This document shows positions 24,591 to 37,088 of a stretch of 64,000 bases of DNA, piece by piece (position 1 is the stretch's first letter; each line of letters opens with the position of its first letter). The position numbers and the translations under genes are program-made. The notes below the pieces were generated by a model. It saw only the letters and a list, made by a program, of their open reading frames with translations. It had not been told where the DNA came from and made no database searches. The stretch comes from Macrostomum lignano (taxonomy: Eukaryota), in the NCBI GenBank assembly GCA_002269645.1, contig NIVC01000989.1, forward strand, positions 186,001 through 250,000, in the 5' to 3' direction.

Positions 24591-25224
24591 TTCATGATGC
24601 CCTCCCCTGATCCTCTCTCTCCCACTAGTTTTCGACTCCATTTAATTTGAGAACTCCTAGCTCTCTCTGGATTGAGAGGTTTCGCTTGTCACTGTCACCT
24701 TTGCAGCTTGCTCATTGAGCGGTTACTGGAGCCCAGACAGTTGCAAATCCGATTTTTATAATGTTTGTTTTCAAAGGTGCACATCATCTGCATGCATTGA
24801 ATGAAAATAACTCAGTTTTGTTATTGCCACATGTCAAATATATATATGATGAAGCAGTTATTTATAATCTTTAATTCTGTGAATCATGAGGACCCGCAGA
24901 ATTTATGCATTATGTACATTCTGACTTCCAAATAATTTCTCGACTCTACGAGTCCCGACAGTTAAACAACACGGATTTAAAGAGAGATTTGTCGCGATGG
25001 CAGGAAAAGCTCCTTCTCTTTTATGGTGTTTTTTTCACAAGTTTTATTATTCAGAAGTAAATTTGCGTTTTGATTTCTAATCGATATTCGAATGATCCCT
25101 ATCTATAGTTTACCTATCTATTAGATAATTCTTTCTTGGGATACACATAGTGAGCCGCATAGAAACCAGGGACTCTGGTTTGTTTCAACATTCCAATCTG
25201 TTTTGTTCCTACAAGCGTGTAAAA

Positions 25225-25460
25225 GCATCTCTGTCTACTCGTATCTGCATCTCTGTCTACTCTGTCTGCATCTCTGTCTACTCTGTCTGCATCTCTGTCT
25301 ACTCGTATCTGCATCTCTGTCTACTCTGTCTGCATCTCTGTCTAATCTTTATCTGCATCTCTGTCTACTCTGTCTGTATCTCTGTCTACTCTGTCTGCAT
25401 CTCTTTCTACTCTGTCTGCATCTCTGTCTACTCTCTGTCTGCATCTCTGTCTACTCTTTT
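25225..25460. repeat. short copy of the CTCTGTCTGCATCTCTGTCTA minisatellite
   Basis: Same unit as 20858-22612; downstream of the GPCR stop. Confidence 0.9.
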
Positions 25461-25581
25461 TCCCTGCCCCTCTCCCCTACTTTATTTGTTAAACACGTGT
25501 CCCTTGCTTCTCTGCGGCTAAGCTCAATGTGCTTGAATTACACGTTATAAGAAATAGCAATTCAAAAATGAGCGGCGTCTT

Positions 25582-26766
25582 TCACACTGCCGTCTCTCTG
25601 GCCGCGTCTAGAGCTGCACCGAAGCGGCTTGGCGAACATTCCAACAGAGTGATGGTGTCGAATTCCTTTCTGATGGCTTGTACTGAAGCTCGCTTAGGTT
25701 CAGACTCTGCCACTGTTTCAGTTGTTGGTTTTGCCAGTTTAGTTGACTCCTGCGGCGACCATTGACGCTTCCGCCGGCCGCGACGCCTGTCAGAGTAGGA
25801 ATAGGCGCTCCTGTCTCCGCCCCGGCGGCACATTCCAGTTGTGCAAGTGAGAACAAAGAAGTTGAACAGCGAGTCGAGCTCTACCAGGGTGTTGACTATC
25901 AGCTCAGATAGGGGTGTCTTGCTGCGCACAAAGCCGCACAGGTCTGTTGGGCCTTCGAGAATGAGGCAGCTGACCGACAGAGTGACTATGATGCGAATGG
26001 CCTGTCGCTCTCGTCTGCACTGACGCTCGGTGGCGCCGGAGGCTGCTGTGGCCCGGCGCTGGAATCCGGCTCGACGAAGGACGCACACAGTGACGCAGGT
26101 GGCTGCAAAGATAGACACTATCGGCAGCATGCCCTGATAGGTGTAGAACGTCACCTCGATCGCGTGCAATCGCCATCCATCGAGCTTGTTAGCGTCGTGA
26201 GCTATCACCATGGCAACGCTGAGCGCCAGGCCGACCGCGCCTGCTCCGATTTCCATAGCGACCACGTTAGACAGTCGAAACAGAGAGTGGGACCTAGCCG
26301 CTAGCGGTCGGAACACAGCTTCCAGACGGGACCAGGAGATGAAGTTCATAGTCCAGTTGCGCATGGTCAGGGAGAATCTCAGTACGCAGAGCTGCACAGC
26401 CGAGCCCAGACTGGGAACCGGATCTAGACGGATTCCTTCCACCCCGCTGGCTCTCTGGTGCAGCATCCTGGCGTAGAATGCCAGCACAGAGCCGTGGAAC
26501 ACCACTTCAAAGGCCGACAGGGCCACTAGGAGTCGGCGTAGCACCGGGTGCACCGAGCCGACGTTCCTGGCGAAGAAGCCCAACGACCAGGCTGACAGCA
26601 GCGCGTTCACGGTGGACAGAGGAATGTAGAAATACGGCTCCAGCTCGTGCATCCTTGAGCAGTTCTGGCTGCAGTAGTTTATCCCACGGATTTGTTGGCC
26701 GCTATCGTTGCTGCTTGAGTCGATATTATTAACCGACAGGTGGATCTCATGCGTGATGGACTCCAT
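25582..26766 (-). CDS. single-exon rhodopsin-class (class A) orphan GPCR, peptide-receptor-like, 394 aa
   Basis: Seven hydrophobic segments, N-terminal N-glycosylation sequons, Cys at the top of TM3 (QLCVLRF), S-R-L in place of DRY, TM6 CLILEGP, TM7 LDSLFNFFVL. Confidence 0.85.
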   Translation of the reverse strand: MESITHEIHLSVNNIDSSSNDSGQQIRGINYCSQNCSRMHELEPYFYIPLSTVNALLSAWSLGFFARNVGSVHPVLRRLLVALSAFEVVFHGSVLAFYARMLHQRASGVEGIRLDPVPSLGSAVQLCVLRFSLTMRNWTMNFISWSRLEAVFRPLAARSHSLFRLSNVVAMEIGAGAVGLALSVAMVIAHDANKLDGWRLHAIEVTFYTYQGMLPIVSIFAATCVTVCVLRRAGFQRRATAASGATERQCRRERQAIRIIVTLSVSCLILEGPTDLCGFVRSKTPLSELIVNTLVELDSLFNFFVLTCTTGMCRRGGDRSAYSYSDRRRGRRKRQWSPQESTKLAKPTTETVAESEPKRASVQAIRKEFDTITLLECSPSRFGAALDAARETAV

Positions 26767-27589
26767 GCTTGTATGTAAATTACTTGAGCTTCGCTCTAGG
26801 CTGCGCTTCGGAATGCGTCCCGACAGCTGGCTTGCGGACGGCTTGTTGACTAGACGCTGGATTAAATCTTCGGGTCCCGAGCCAATGGGAGACGATGCTA
26901 TTTGTAGTGCTCACTGGCTACTGCTCCTCCAATGCTGTGCACTATTGCTTTATCCAATATGCGACTGGCAAACTGTCTCTGAGCCAACAATTCCTCACTT
27001 GATCGCCTGAGCCAACTGATTATCTGCGCTACTTAAAACTTAGCTTGGGACTAATTAATAAATGTCTGAAATTTGGAAAGCAAGCACAAGTGTCGATTAG
27101 TTAGTGAGGTTCGTTCAACTCAAGTTGTATTTTTTATAAGGACTGGCTGACTGACTCTGTCTGTTAATCTGTCTGTCTGTCTTTCTGTCTGTTAGTCTTT
27201 CTGTTAGTCTGTCTGTCTGTCTGTCTGTCTGTCTTCGAAGTCTTAAAATAGCAGTCAGTCACCAAAACAGCCTGCTTATAAAAATCCCTTAAAACACTCA
27301 GGCACGCAAATCAGCAGCGTTGGGAATCCGGAAACTTTGTTCGTTCGATAAACCTTGGCTTAATATCTAATTAGTCGTGTTTTCCAGTTGCTAGTACAGT
27401 GGCCTGGGATTCCAAAGTAACTTTTCAGCGGATGAGGACCCGACTCTCTACCATTTTTAGTTGATTTTCAAAGCTAGTTTTTAATTACAGAGATTTCTTC
27501 ATAAGTTTTCAAGCAAGGTTTGAGTCGTCAATTTTTGAAATGCAATTAAAAGAACAATTTGCAAAAAAATTTCATTACTCAGGTTTCTC

Positions 27590-27780
27590 GGATGCTGGGC
27601 CAGCCTCCCAGATCCTCAGTTGCTGGGCCAGCCTCCCAGATCCTCAGTTGCTGTGCCAGCCTTCCAGATCCTCAGTTGCTGGGCCAGCCTCCCAGATCCT
27701 CAGTTGCTGGGCCAGCCTCCCAGATCCTCAGTTGCTGGGCCAGCCTCCCAGATCCTCAGTTTCTGAGCCAGCCTCCCAAA
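27590..27780. repeat. 28-bp repeat (GCTGGGCCAGCCTCCCAGATCCTCAGTT)n
   Basis: About 6-7 units. Confidence 0.9.
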
Positions 27781-28224
27781 TCCATAGTAGTTTTGCTAGT
27801 ACTCTCTTCATAATTTCAGTAGCTTTTGAAAATCATTTGACAACTAAATGCCGCATATCCATTTAATGATGCCCGTATAGGGTGGGCGCTCCGACTTCGT
27901 CTTGTCTAAGAGAAAGGAGACCTTTCTAGGCACTAATGAGATCCTTTTTCTTTCGGCAACTTGTAATTTTGAGTTTGACCAGCCAAGTCTGCATGCATGC
28001 CGTCTGCTTTGAAGATCAGCTTGTCCGCTCCGTGCAATTAAAAAGTATAGGCATTTGTAAGGCTAACCTTCATTTTTGCGAGGCCAGGGAAGCTTTTTAT
28101 TGGATCATGCTAACCTTATCTTAACGTTACACCCAAAATTTAAATCAAGTTTAGGTCTTGACCAATTTCTTGTTTGCATTCACATGAAATGCGCTATGAT
28201 TTCCTGGTTGCAATAGAGCCAATA

Positions 28225-28452
28225 GAGGAATGTGCCATGATTATCTGTTGCACTTGAGGAATGTGCCATGATTACCTGGTTGCACTTGAGGAATGTGCCA
28301 TGATTACCTGGTTGCACTTGAGGAATGTGCCATGATTATCTGTTGCACTTGAGGAATGTGCCATGATTATCTGTTGCACATGAGGAATGTGCCATGATTA
28401 CCTGGTTGCACTTGAGGAATGTGCCATGATTATCTGTTGCACTTGAGGAATT
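28225..28452. repeat. 31-32-bp repeat (GAGGAATGTGCCATGATTACCTGGTTGCACTT)n
   Basis: About 7 units. Confidence 0.9.
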
Positions 28453-29782
28453 GGGAGGCTTGGCAAAAGAGCAGGCGTACATGATTTAAGCTACACAATC
28501 TAGCACAGACTTTTTATACACAATCAGCATTGTCTTCTTCATTTAAAAACCTCATATGCTAAAAAACAAATCTAGCTATTTTTCCTGCAATTGGGAAAAT
28601 TTTCCCTGTCTAATCCGCTCTGCTGCATCAGAATGATCTCCGCTCATTCTACTTAGCTGCTGTCTTCTAAAATAAGCGCTTTTAATGTCTGCCGCTGGCA
28701 ATTTCAAACGGCTCTCGACGAGAATGTAGAGAAAATCGTTTGAGTTTTTTTGGAGACGCAGTGTAGAGATATCCAAATACGGTACAAAGTAAACTACTAT
28801 AAGTAGTAACGTAAAAATGCGAAAATGCGAATTTAAAAACTCCGAGTTGTCATACTCTATCTTTAAAAGACCACGAAAACAACGAGTGATCATCTTTTGC
28901 AACATCTAAATTCAGAATCCCAAATGTGGTACTCGATGCTCAAATCTATTGTATTCTATTCAATTTTTGAGTGGCCAAATTTCCAAAACGCGAAATCGTC
29001 ACCTACTAAAAATAGCCTGATTCTCGCAAAATTTTACTATAAATACAAGCCAAAATCCGAGCTAAAAATCTCAGACTTGGAGCAGCCTCAAAACACCTTG
29101 AGTTTATTGCAGAAGCTAATCGAGGCTACCGATAGGAGCACACAACTCCGATTCCGTTATTTCTAGAAGACGCCCTTTTTGGAGGACCTCGTTATTGTTA
29201 TAGAAAGTTGACTTTGTTATTAGGGCGCATCGTTGATATTGATTTCTGCACTCGAGGAACACTGCGACTTTCGGCCGATTTTAGAAATCAAGAAGACTAC
29301 TCAGAAGAAAGAAGCTTCAAGGAGACGAGCTCTACAGACGCGCGCTACAAAGAAGAGGAGCCCACAATAGTAAGTGATCACTGACTTTGTTCCCAGGCCT
29401 GTGTCTGGAAGTGGGAGTTTTCGGGTGACTGATCACCACCCGATCAAACTCTTCAGCAGAATATATGGGCAGATTTTTGTATTTTGTTTTTTTTTTCATT
29501 TCAGCATACTCTGTGTGATGCAGCAGCGGACATGGTTTGTACTTCTTCTGGTCTGACTCTCCCTTGCTCTGCCAACCCTGGGAATCCAGGCCCTAGCGAA
29601 TGACTCTCCTTGATAAGTCACTCCTTACGCCCACCTCACTCCTCCTTCACGGCCTACCCCTTTCCTCCTTAGTAGCAGAATCGAGCTATTGAAGACCCTT
29701 TCCGATGTCTATGGCCCAAAAGGAAGTCCGTGGACCAACCAGTTTTTTTATTTGAAGTTCTTGGGTTGAGCTATACTATAGG

Positions 29783-30167
29783 TTTTGTCAGCCTAACTGA
29801 GAATAAAGCCATCCAAAGTGAGAATCCTGCCTACGCTGACTGCGAAGGGCCTAGCTGCGTCCAGCCTAATCTATGAGCCATAGACTATAAAGGACAAGCA
29901 AAGTTTTAAAAAGACATCATCCAGTGTGTTCCTGTTTCCGTTATTCCGTTCAAGCTATTGGCTAGTCATATGGCTCAGAAGGTATAAAAATAAAAGAATA
30001 CGACGCATAGACCAATCGATTCTCACATTGGATGGCTTTTTATCACTTTGCTTGTCCTTTATTGTCTATGGCCCATAGACTAAGGCTGCACGCAGCCAGG
30101 CCCTTCGCAGTCAGCGTAGGCAGGATTCTCACTTTGGATGGCTTTATTCTCAGTTAGGCTGACAAAA
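29783..30167. mobile_element. foldback/MITE-like element with long terminal inverted repeats
   Basis: The outer 70 bp are a perfect inverted repeat (TTTTGTCAGCCTAACTGAG...GAAGGGCCT), extending imperfectly to ~145 bp per arm, with a ~95-bp spacer. No TSD is evident. Confidence 0.8.
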
Positions 30168-30322
30168 GCAATACTAACTATCAAGGACCAATGGAATGTT
30201 ATAGTCTATAGTCTAAAAGTCTATACAGTCTATAGTAGTCCTTGCTAACTATATATGACATACTAATGCCCTGGTTCAACTGTTTATTTCTACTCCATTT
30301 TGTTTTGTTAAATAAACGCAAA

Positions 30323-30470
30323 CAGGAGTGTACAGCGGCCCTAAACCTTATCTATCATTAGGCATGTACACTTCACTGTGCTTTGGGGGTTGGCCCTCGG
30401 GGCGTTAATTTCACGAGCAGAGCCAAGCCAAGGTTCCAATTTAGCCAAAAAAATAGCATCAAGCCTGGGC
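30323..30470 (-). mobile_element. SINE family A, partial diverged copy
   Basis: CAGGAGTGTACAGCGGCCCT...GGCATGTACACTTCACTG...CACGAGCAGAGCCAAGCC matches ~193-320. Confidence 0.75.
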
Positions 30471-30749
30471 CATTGGTCCCCATTAGACGTGCGTTATAGT
30501 TACAATGAAAAGCAATTCTCCCCACTAAAGGATTCAATAGCCTGCGCAGTGTCTCGATTGGCTTGGAAAATGTCATACTACTACATGTAGGGCAAGCTAT
30601 TCATTACTGTCACTCACTATGCCCTATGCCGTTCTTAAGCCAGCATTTCACTGCCTCGATCCAAACAAAAGATCAACCCCCCTACACACGGGCCCTCCTT
30701 CCCTGTACTGACTATAGCACTCACGTGAATATTGATGTGAATCCTATTT

Positions 30750-31140
30750 ACCTTGACATCTCAGCTATTCCCCCCGTAAGCCTTGACATCTCAGCAAATC
30801 CCCCCGTGAGCCTTGACATCTCAGCAATTCCCCCAGTGAGCCTTGACATCTCAGCAATTCCCCCGGTAAGCCTTGACATCTCAGCAATTCCCCCCGTAAG
30901 CCTTGACATCACAGCAATTCCCCCCGGTAAGCCTTGACATCTCAGCAATTCCCCCGGTAAGCCTTGACATCTCAGCAATTCCCCCAGTAAGCCTTGACAT
31001 CTCAGCAATTCCCCCCGTAAGCCTTGACATCACAGCAATTCCCCCCGGTAAGCCTTGACATCTCAGCAATTCCCCCGGTAAGCCTTGACATCTCAGCAAT
31101 TCCCCCAGTAAGCCTTGACATCTCAGCAATTCCCCCAGCG
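30750..31140. repeat. 30-31-bp repeat (CCTTGACATCTCAGCAATTCCCCCGGTAAG)n
   Basis: About 13 units. Confidence 0.93.
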
Positions 31141-31370
31141 AGCTTTCAACAGTTTGATTAACCCAAAAAGCATTAAATTGGAAGCCCTGTGTAGGCTTGC
31201 AAAATTTCTTGTATACACGAGCACGATACTCCAATAAAATAGACTTTTAAGTGTCTCAATTATTTGTTAATTATGAAGAAAATCATTTGCTACTGATACT
31301 ACTAGAGAATTAGATAAGTAGTCATATTCTTTCGTTAATACAAATAAAAGTAAAACATGTCTGCTATGCA

Positions 31371-32264
31371 CAGGCGCGTCGCCACCGGGGGGACAGGGGG
31401 GGGGACATGTGGGAGCACGAGAACTGCCCGCCGAGATTTGCCCGCCGAGATTTGCCCGCCGAGAATTGCCCGCGAGCGAATTTTGAACAGCGCATTTGGC
31501 CACGCGGCAGATTTTGTCTGCATTGCCTCCCTAATGCTTAGTAAGACTTTATAAAGAGATTCACCCGAACAAACGTTTTGATAGTAATTGCAAATCAAAT
31601 GCATATTTTTTGGGAGGGGGGGGGCATTGCAGACAGAATCTAGCTGCCAAATGCGCTATAAGAAAAAAGCATTGCGGGCAAACCTCGGCGGGCAGTTCTC
31701 CTGGACCCGGGACATGCCCCTCCCCCCCAGTCAAGGCTATGGGGGGACATGCCAATGCTTTGCCCCCCACCTTACCTTGAGACCCGTTGTGACAATCAAT
31801 AATTTTTCTTCCGGGTGCCAGAATATAGCGCCTTCGGCGCCAAAATGAGTGCCTGAGGCGCTAAAATGAGTGCCTGCAGCGCAAAAATGAGTGCCTGTGG
31901 CGCAAAAATGAGTGCCTGCGGCGCCAAAATGAGTGCCTGCGGCGCCAAAATAAATGCCTGTGGCGCCAAAATGAGTGCCTGCGGCGCTAAAATCAGTGCC
32001 TGCGGCGCTAAAGTCAGCCTGTGGCGCCAAAATGTGTGCCTGCGGCGCCAAAATGAGTGCCTGTGGCGCCAAAATGAGTGCCTAAGGCGCCAAAATGAGT
32101 GCCTGCGGCGCCAAAATGAGTGGTGCCAAAATGAGTGCCTGTGGCGCCAAAATGAGCGCTGTCAACACCGATTCTCAAAATAATGGACATGTAGGAATTT
32201 AGTCATGTCCATGTTGAATTCTTGGCTTTAACCCCCCACCATAAAATCCATGGCGACGCCCCCG
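31371..32264 (+). mobile_element. non-autonomous hAT-like DNA transposon with internal 21-bp minisatellite
   Basis: Imperfect 14-bp TIRs CAGGCGCGTCGCCA / TGGCGACGCCCCCG and an exact 8-bp TSD GCTATGCA (31363-31370, 32265-32272). Internal (GGCGCCAAAATGAGTGCCTGC)n at ~31835-32160. Confidence 0.88.
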
Positions 32265-32279
32265 GCTATGCAAGACATT

Positions 32280-32420
32280 CAGTTTGGCGCCATTATCTCT
32301 GAGTTTGCCGCCATTGTCTCTGAGTTTGGCGTTATTATCTCTGAGTTTGGCGCCATTGTCTCTGAGTTTGGCGCTACTGTCATTCAGTTTAGCGCCATCA
32401 TCACCTCTTTGGCGCCGTTG
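32280..32420. repeat. 21-bp repeat (GAGTTTGGCGCCATTGTCTCT)n
   Basis: About 6 units immediately outside the right TSD of the hAT-like element. Confidence 0.8.
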
Positions 32421-33153
32421 AGGCTTTCAAACTGTTTTTGTTCATTCTGAAGTTCATGAAAGATAATAAAACTCAATTCACGCGGTTCATGATGCTATTG
32501 GTTTAAATATGATTAATCTAATGAGAATTACAGTTTATCACAGAATTTTGCTGTATTTATTTTTGTCAGCTTGAGAACTATCACGAATTGAGAATGACTT
32601 GCCTACCCCTGCTCTAAATTAGGAATCTATTAGACCTCTAGGCTCAAGCTTTGTTTCCGAGTCTAAAATGAGCCGTGGCATGGTTACAGAGGCCGGCGTA
32701 GGGTTCTTTGGGCGCCCCCCCCTTCTCACGTATGTCTCTACCCTCCCCTCCCGTGTGTTTGTGTCCGCCCAGTCCGCCCAGTAATAATTTCTCTGTGCTC
32801 ATCTTCACTGTCTTGAACTTCTTATAGCTTATTAATGCCTTCATTGCTTATCAAACGCGCGTGTGTGCGTATGTGTGGTACTACGCTCGTACGTTTTGTG
32901 TGCAACTGGCTAAAAAACCTTAGTATACTAAGAAGCTTCAACCTCACCCTGCATATCAGCATTGACCCAGTGCTGCTTTTTAAAAACGAGAGAGATAGAG
33001 AGACCTGCGGGTAGCGAAAGACACGATTCGAACGGCCCACCGCGCATAACAGATCTACAGATTTTTTTTAGTCTAGCAACAACGCCTTTAAAAGAATGAA
33101 TTTTTCCAATGCGCTGATTTATTGCGACAATTAGAGCACAGGAAAAAAAGTAG

Positions 33154-35860
33154 ATGGAGCCGCTCATGCAGCTGGTGGTTCCCGAGCTTGATGGCGGCGT
33201 CTTGAGACCGCTATTCGACACTATGCTCCAACAAGGTGTCAATGCAACTGACGACGTTGAATGCAGTGCCAAAGCAAGCACTGTTAGTCAGAACCGCAGC
33301 TTCTGCGAACAGAATGTAACCTACGTGGACCTTGGCAAACCCTTATTAGCCTGGTACCTTCAAAAGTTAAAGTCTCAGGTGCCGCTGTTCGTATCGGCTG
33401 GACTGATCTGGCTGATTCTCCTGGCAGCACTGATCGCAGTCTACTCGCGACTAGCCAGGACGACTAAAGTGCACGAAGCTCACAGATCTAACAGCCCTGT
33501 CGAGCGGAAACACCTGCGACCATTGTTTGTCTTCCTGACCTCCATAGTTCTGCTCATCGTCATCGGCGTTGTGCTGGCGGTGCTGCACTGGGCTGGACGA
33601 GCTCGATTCTCTGGAATGTCCGATCTGGGAGGCTGCAGAAACGGGACGAAGGACTGTGGCGACGACCAGCAGCAGAGGCAGCTGTGGAATCTCTCATCTG
33701 GCACTGGTCGCACGCACATGGTTGCCGCGTTCCGGCTGACAATTGACGAATTTGACGCTTTCGTTGAGCAGTCCATCGTAGAGACCAACGCCACGGTGCT
33801 AGCGCTAGCGGTGTGCAAAGAGGCCCTACCAGAAGTTCTTGCCGTACTGCAAACTGTTGCAACCGACCTGCTGGACAGGCTGGCCAGAGACTTCAAACTG
33901 ACGCCTCTGTTGACGTCCTTCGATGAGTTCATCAATCTGGTGAAGCTGCTGGTTGCCAGCATGCGGGCAATTATGGAGTCCCGCGACACCGTGGTTGAGC
34001 CACTCGTCCAGTTCTCTACGCTGGTTGACTCGGCCAGGCGAGATCTGCAGGAGCTCACAACCGATGCGTGCGCCTCGAACGCCTCTTCCGCGCCAACCTC
34101 AGCCGCGACCGCCGATCTGTGCCGAAGAATTTCTGCTCAACTCAACCTGCTGGACGTTGGCATTGATCAGCGACGCTTAAAGTCGGACAGCAGCGTGACA
34201 GTTGTCACATTGTTGGAGACGATGTTTAAGCTCAACTTTAGCCAAGTTGAAGACCAGGTGAAGAACGCCAAGGGTCAGCTGTACGGCAGTCTGGAGCTAG
34301 TTCGAGCCGAAGTGAGAAAACTCTTTGATAAATTAACTCTTGAAGTGTCGCAAAACTTCAACGCGGCCCTGACAGATGCTGAGTTATTTCGCGACGGAGT
34401 ACGCGGTGCCAAGAAGGACCGAGGATTCTTGGACGCCATGAAAACTGTGGACAGCCTTGTACACAGCTTCACAGTAGCGCTGGCCTTTGGCAGTGTTGCA
34501 TTTGTAATCATTAATGTCATTGCAATGTTCATCTCGATTCGCTACCTGCTTAGCTTTCGCGGTATCAGCAGCGACAGTACAGACGGAGGAACAGATGGAG
34601 AGCAAATCCCTCTGCAGTACATTGGGAATGGAAATTCTGCGCCAGTAGCCAATGGCAACGGACGTTGCATCGAGTTGCCGTTCCTTCAAAACAGCGATAT
34701 CGTCCGGGTTGACCAAAGACAGAAGGCCAAGGAGCCTCGCGACTGGCACCTGGTCTGCCTGTTTGCCAGCGGTTTGCTGGTTCTGGCGGCGCTGATCTAC
34801 GCGTCCGCGGTGTTCTACGCTGGCGCCGAGACCCAGATGGACGCGTGCCGCTACCTGACCACGGAGACAGGCATCAGCTACCTGGATCAGCGCGTCTACA
34901 GTGCAATGATTAACAGGTTATGGCCGCTAGTTGAAGCATTGATGCCAAATCATTTGATTGATTATTTGGGCTTCAGCAGCGATTTGATGCCGAGAGAATT
35001 GCTCAGCACCATCTTGAGCCGATGCGGGAACGACTCGGTGACAATTTTCCAAGCTCTCGGCCTGAGCAGTGCCGGGGCATTAGTCAACGCCAGCCAGTTG
35101 CTGCGTGCGCCATTCGTGACCAGGGAACTTAGCAAAGGCGGTGAAATGATACAGGTGAAGAGGTCTTGAAGAGTTTTCGTTTTCTACTTGTAGACGGAGT
35201 TCGCAGGGATTAGCTTTTTTCAACTAGAGGTGAACGCAGTTCCGCCATAAACAAATTCCCAAATGTCAGATAGATAAATCATTTCATGCAGAAGAAGGGG
35301 TGATGAGAGGCGAGTGAAGAGACGAGAGCGGAGAGAAGAGACGAGAGGGGAGATGAGTGAGGAGAGAAGAGACGAGAGGGGAGAGAGGAGGGAAGAGGGG
35401 AGAGAAGAGACGATAGGGGAGAAAAGAGACTATAAGAGAGAAGAGACGTGAGGGGGGGAAAGACAAGGGGAGAGAAGAGACGAGAGCGGAGAGAAGAGAC
35501 GAGAGGGGAGAGAAGAGACGAGAGCGGAGAGAAGAGACGAGAGGGGAGAGAAGAGACGAGAGCGGAGAGAAGAGACGAGAGGGGAGAGAAGAGACGAGAG
35601 GGGAGAGAAGAGACGAGAGCGGAGAGAAGAGACGAGAGGGGAGAGAAGAAACGAGAGGGGAGAGAAGAGACGAGAGCGGAGAGAAGAGACGAGAGGGGAG
35701 AGAAGAGACGAGAGCGGAGAGAAGAGACGAGAGGGGAGAGAAGAGACGAGAGCGGAGAGAAGAGACCAGGGGAAAGAAGAGACGAGAAGGGAGAAAAGAG
35801 ACGAGAGGAGGAGAAAAGAGACGAGAGGGGAGGAAAGAGACGAGAGCGGAGAGAAGAGAC

Positions 35861-35892
<32 letters not shown>

Positions 35893-36006
35893 CGAGAGGG
35901 GAGAGAAGAGACCAGGGGAAAGAAGAGACGAGAAGGGAGAAAAGAGACGAGAGGAGGAGAAAAGAGACGAGAGGGGAGGAAAGAGACGAGAGCGGAGAGA
36001 AGAGAC

Positions 36007-36038
<32 letters not shown>

Positions 36039-37088
36039 CCAGGGGAAAGAAGAGACGAGAAGGGAGAAAAGAGACGAGAGGAGGAGAAAAGAGACGAGAG
36101 GGGAGGAAAGAGACGAGAGCGGAGAGAAGAGACGAGAGGGGAGAGAAGAGAGCGGAGAGAAGAGACGAGAGGGGAGAGAAGAGACCAGGGGAAAGAAGAG
36201 ACGAGAAGGGAGAAAAGAGACGAGAGGAGGAGAAAAGAGACGAGAGGGGAGGAAAGAGACGAAAGGAGACACTAAAGGAGAAAAGTGTAAGAAAGTGCGT
36301 AAGACTACAAGGAGGACGTGAGCAACTGACACTCATGTGACACGCTTGCAAAACACTCGAAAATTTCGCAGGACCTGGTCCGCGATCTGGACACAAACAA
36401 TCTCATTCCCGCCGAGGTGGACGATCTCCTGAAGAATACCCTGCCAAATTTCGCTTCGGCAATTGACTCGGAGAATTTCGCTTCGAGCATTCTGGAATTG
36501 AACAAACCGTTGCTGTTACTGTCCGCAGCGGACTTTCGCAGCCTTCGGCGGCACCTGAGCCGGCTTGAGGACAATCTGAGGCGAGCAAATTCTACCGATC
36601 GAAGACCCGACCTGATCAACTACATGGCGCACAAAACTGAGAGAAATATCGACAGATGGAACCGGACACTCATAGCGGGACTAAAATTTCTATTAGGAAA
36701 TTTTACAACTCTGCAAACGAATCGAAGATTAACAAATTTGACGTTTAGTCTGACGGTTGATGCGTTGAATCTTAAAAAAACTTTAGCGAACAAATATTTC
36801 TTGCTAAGGTCGATTGCTAGACGCTACAATGAGACTCTGTTTGAGCACATGTCGATGATTGCCGAGCTTGGGAACAGCCTCATCAGTCGGCTGCTCAATC
36901 GGGTTGGACGGTGCGGTCCGCTGCGCGACATCTTTCAGATTTCCGTCAAATGGTGCCAGGTGCAAATTGAGCCACTGCCAGAAACTGGGATCTACTTGAT
37001 GGCGTCTTGTATTGCATTTTACATTATGGTGCATCTCATGCTGTGCCTCATGTATCGCATGAGAACGAAAACTGAGGTGTACTCTTAA
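33154..37088 (+). CDS. prominin-like five-transmembrane glycoprotein, 905 aa
   Basis: Exons 33154-35154 and 36372-37088, phase 0. Five TM segments in prominin topology (TM1, TM2, large loop, TM3, TM4, large loop, TM5), with ETQMDACRYL after TM4, RCGNDSVTIFQALGL and a CGPL motif before TM5. Confidence 0.7.
35300..36262. repeat. 19-bp GA-rich minisatellite (GAGAAGAGACGAGAGGGGA / GCGGA variant) with higher-order units
   Basis: Fills the prominin-like intron. Confidence 0.95.

Noticed and set aside
28576-29400. Short ORFs and an exon-like stretch ending in a GTAAGT donor (~29370)
   Set aside because: There is no recognisable domain and no consistent splice partners could be assembled, so it is left uncalled.
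35284-36396. Arg/Glu-rich and Leu/Ser-rich ORFs of 275-370 aa
   Set aside because: They arise from the GA-rich array in the prominin-like intron.
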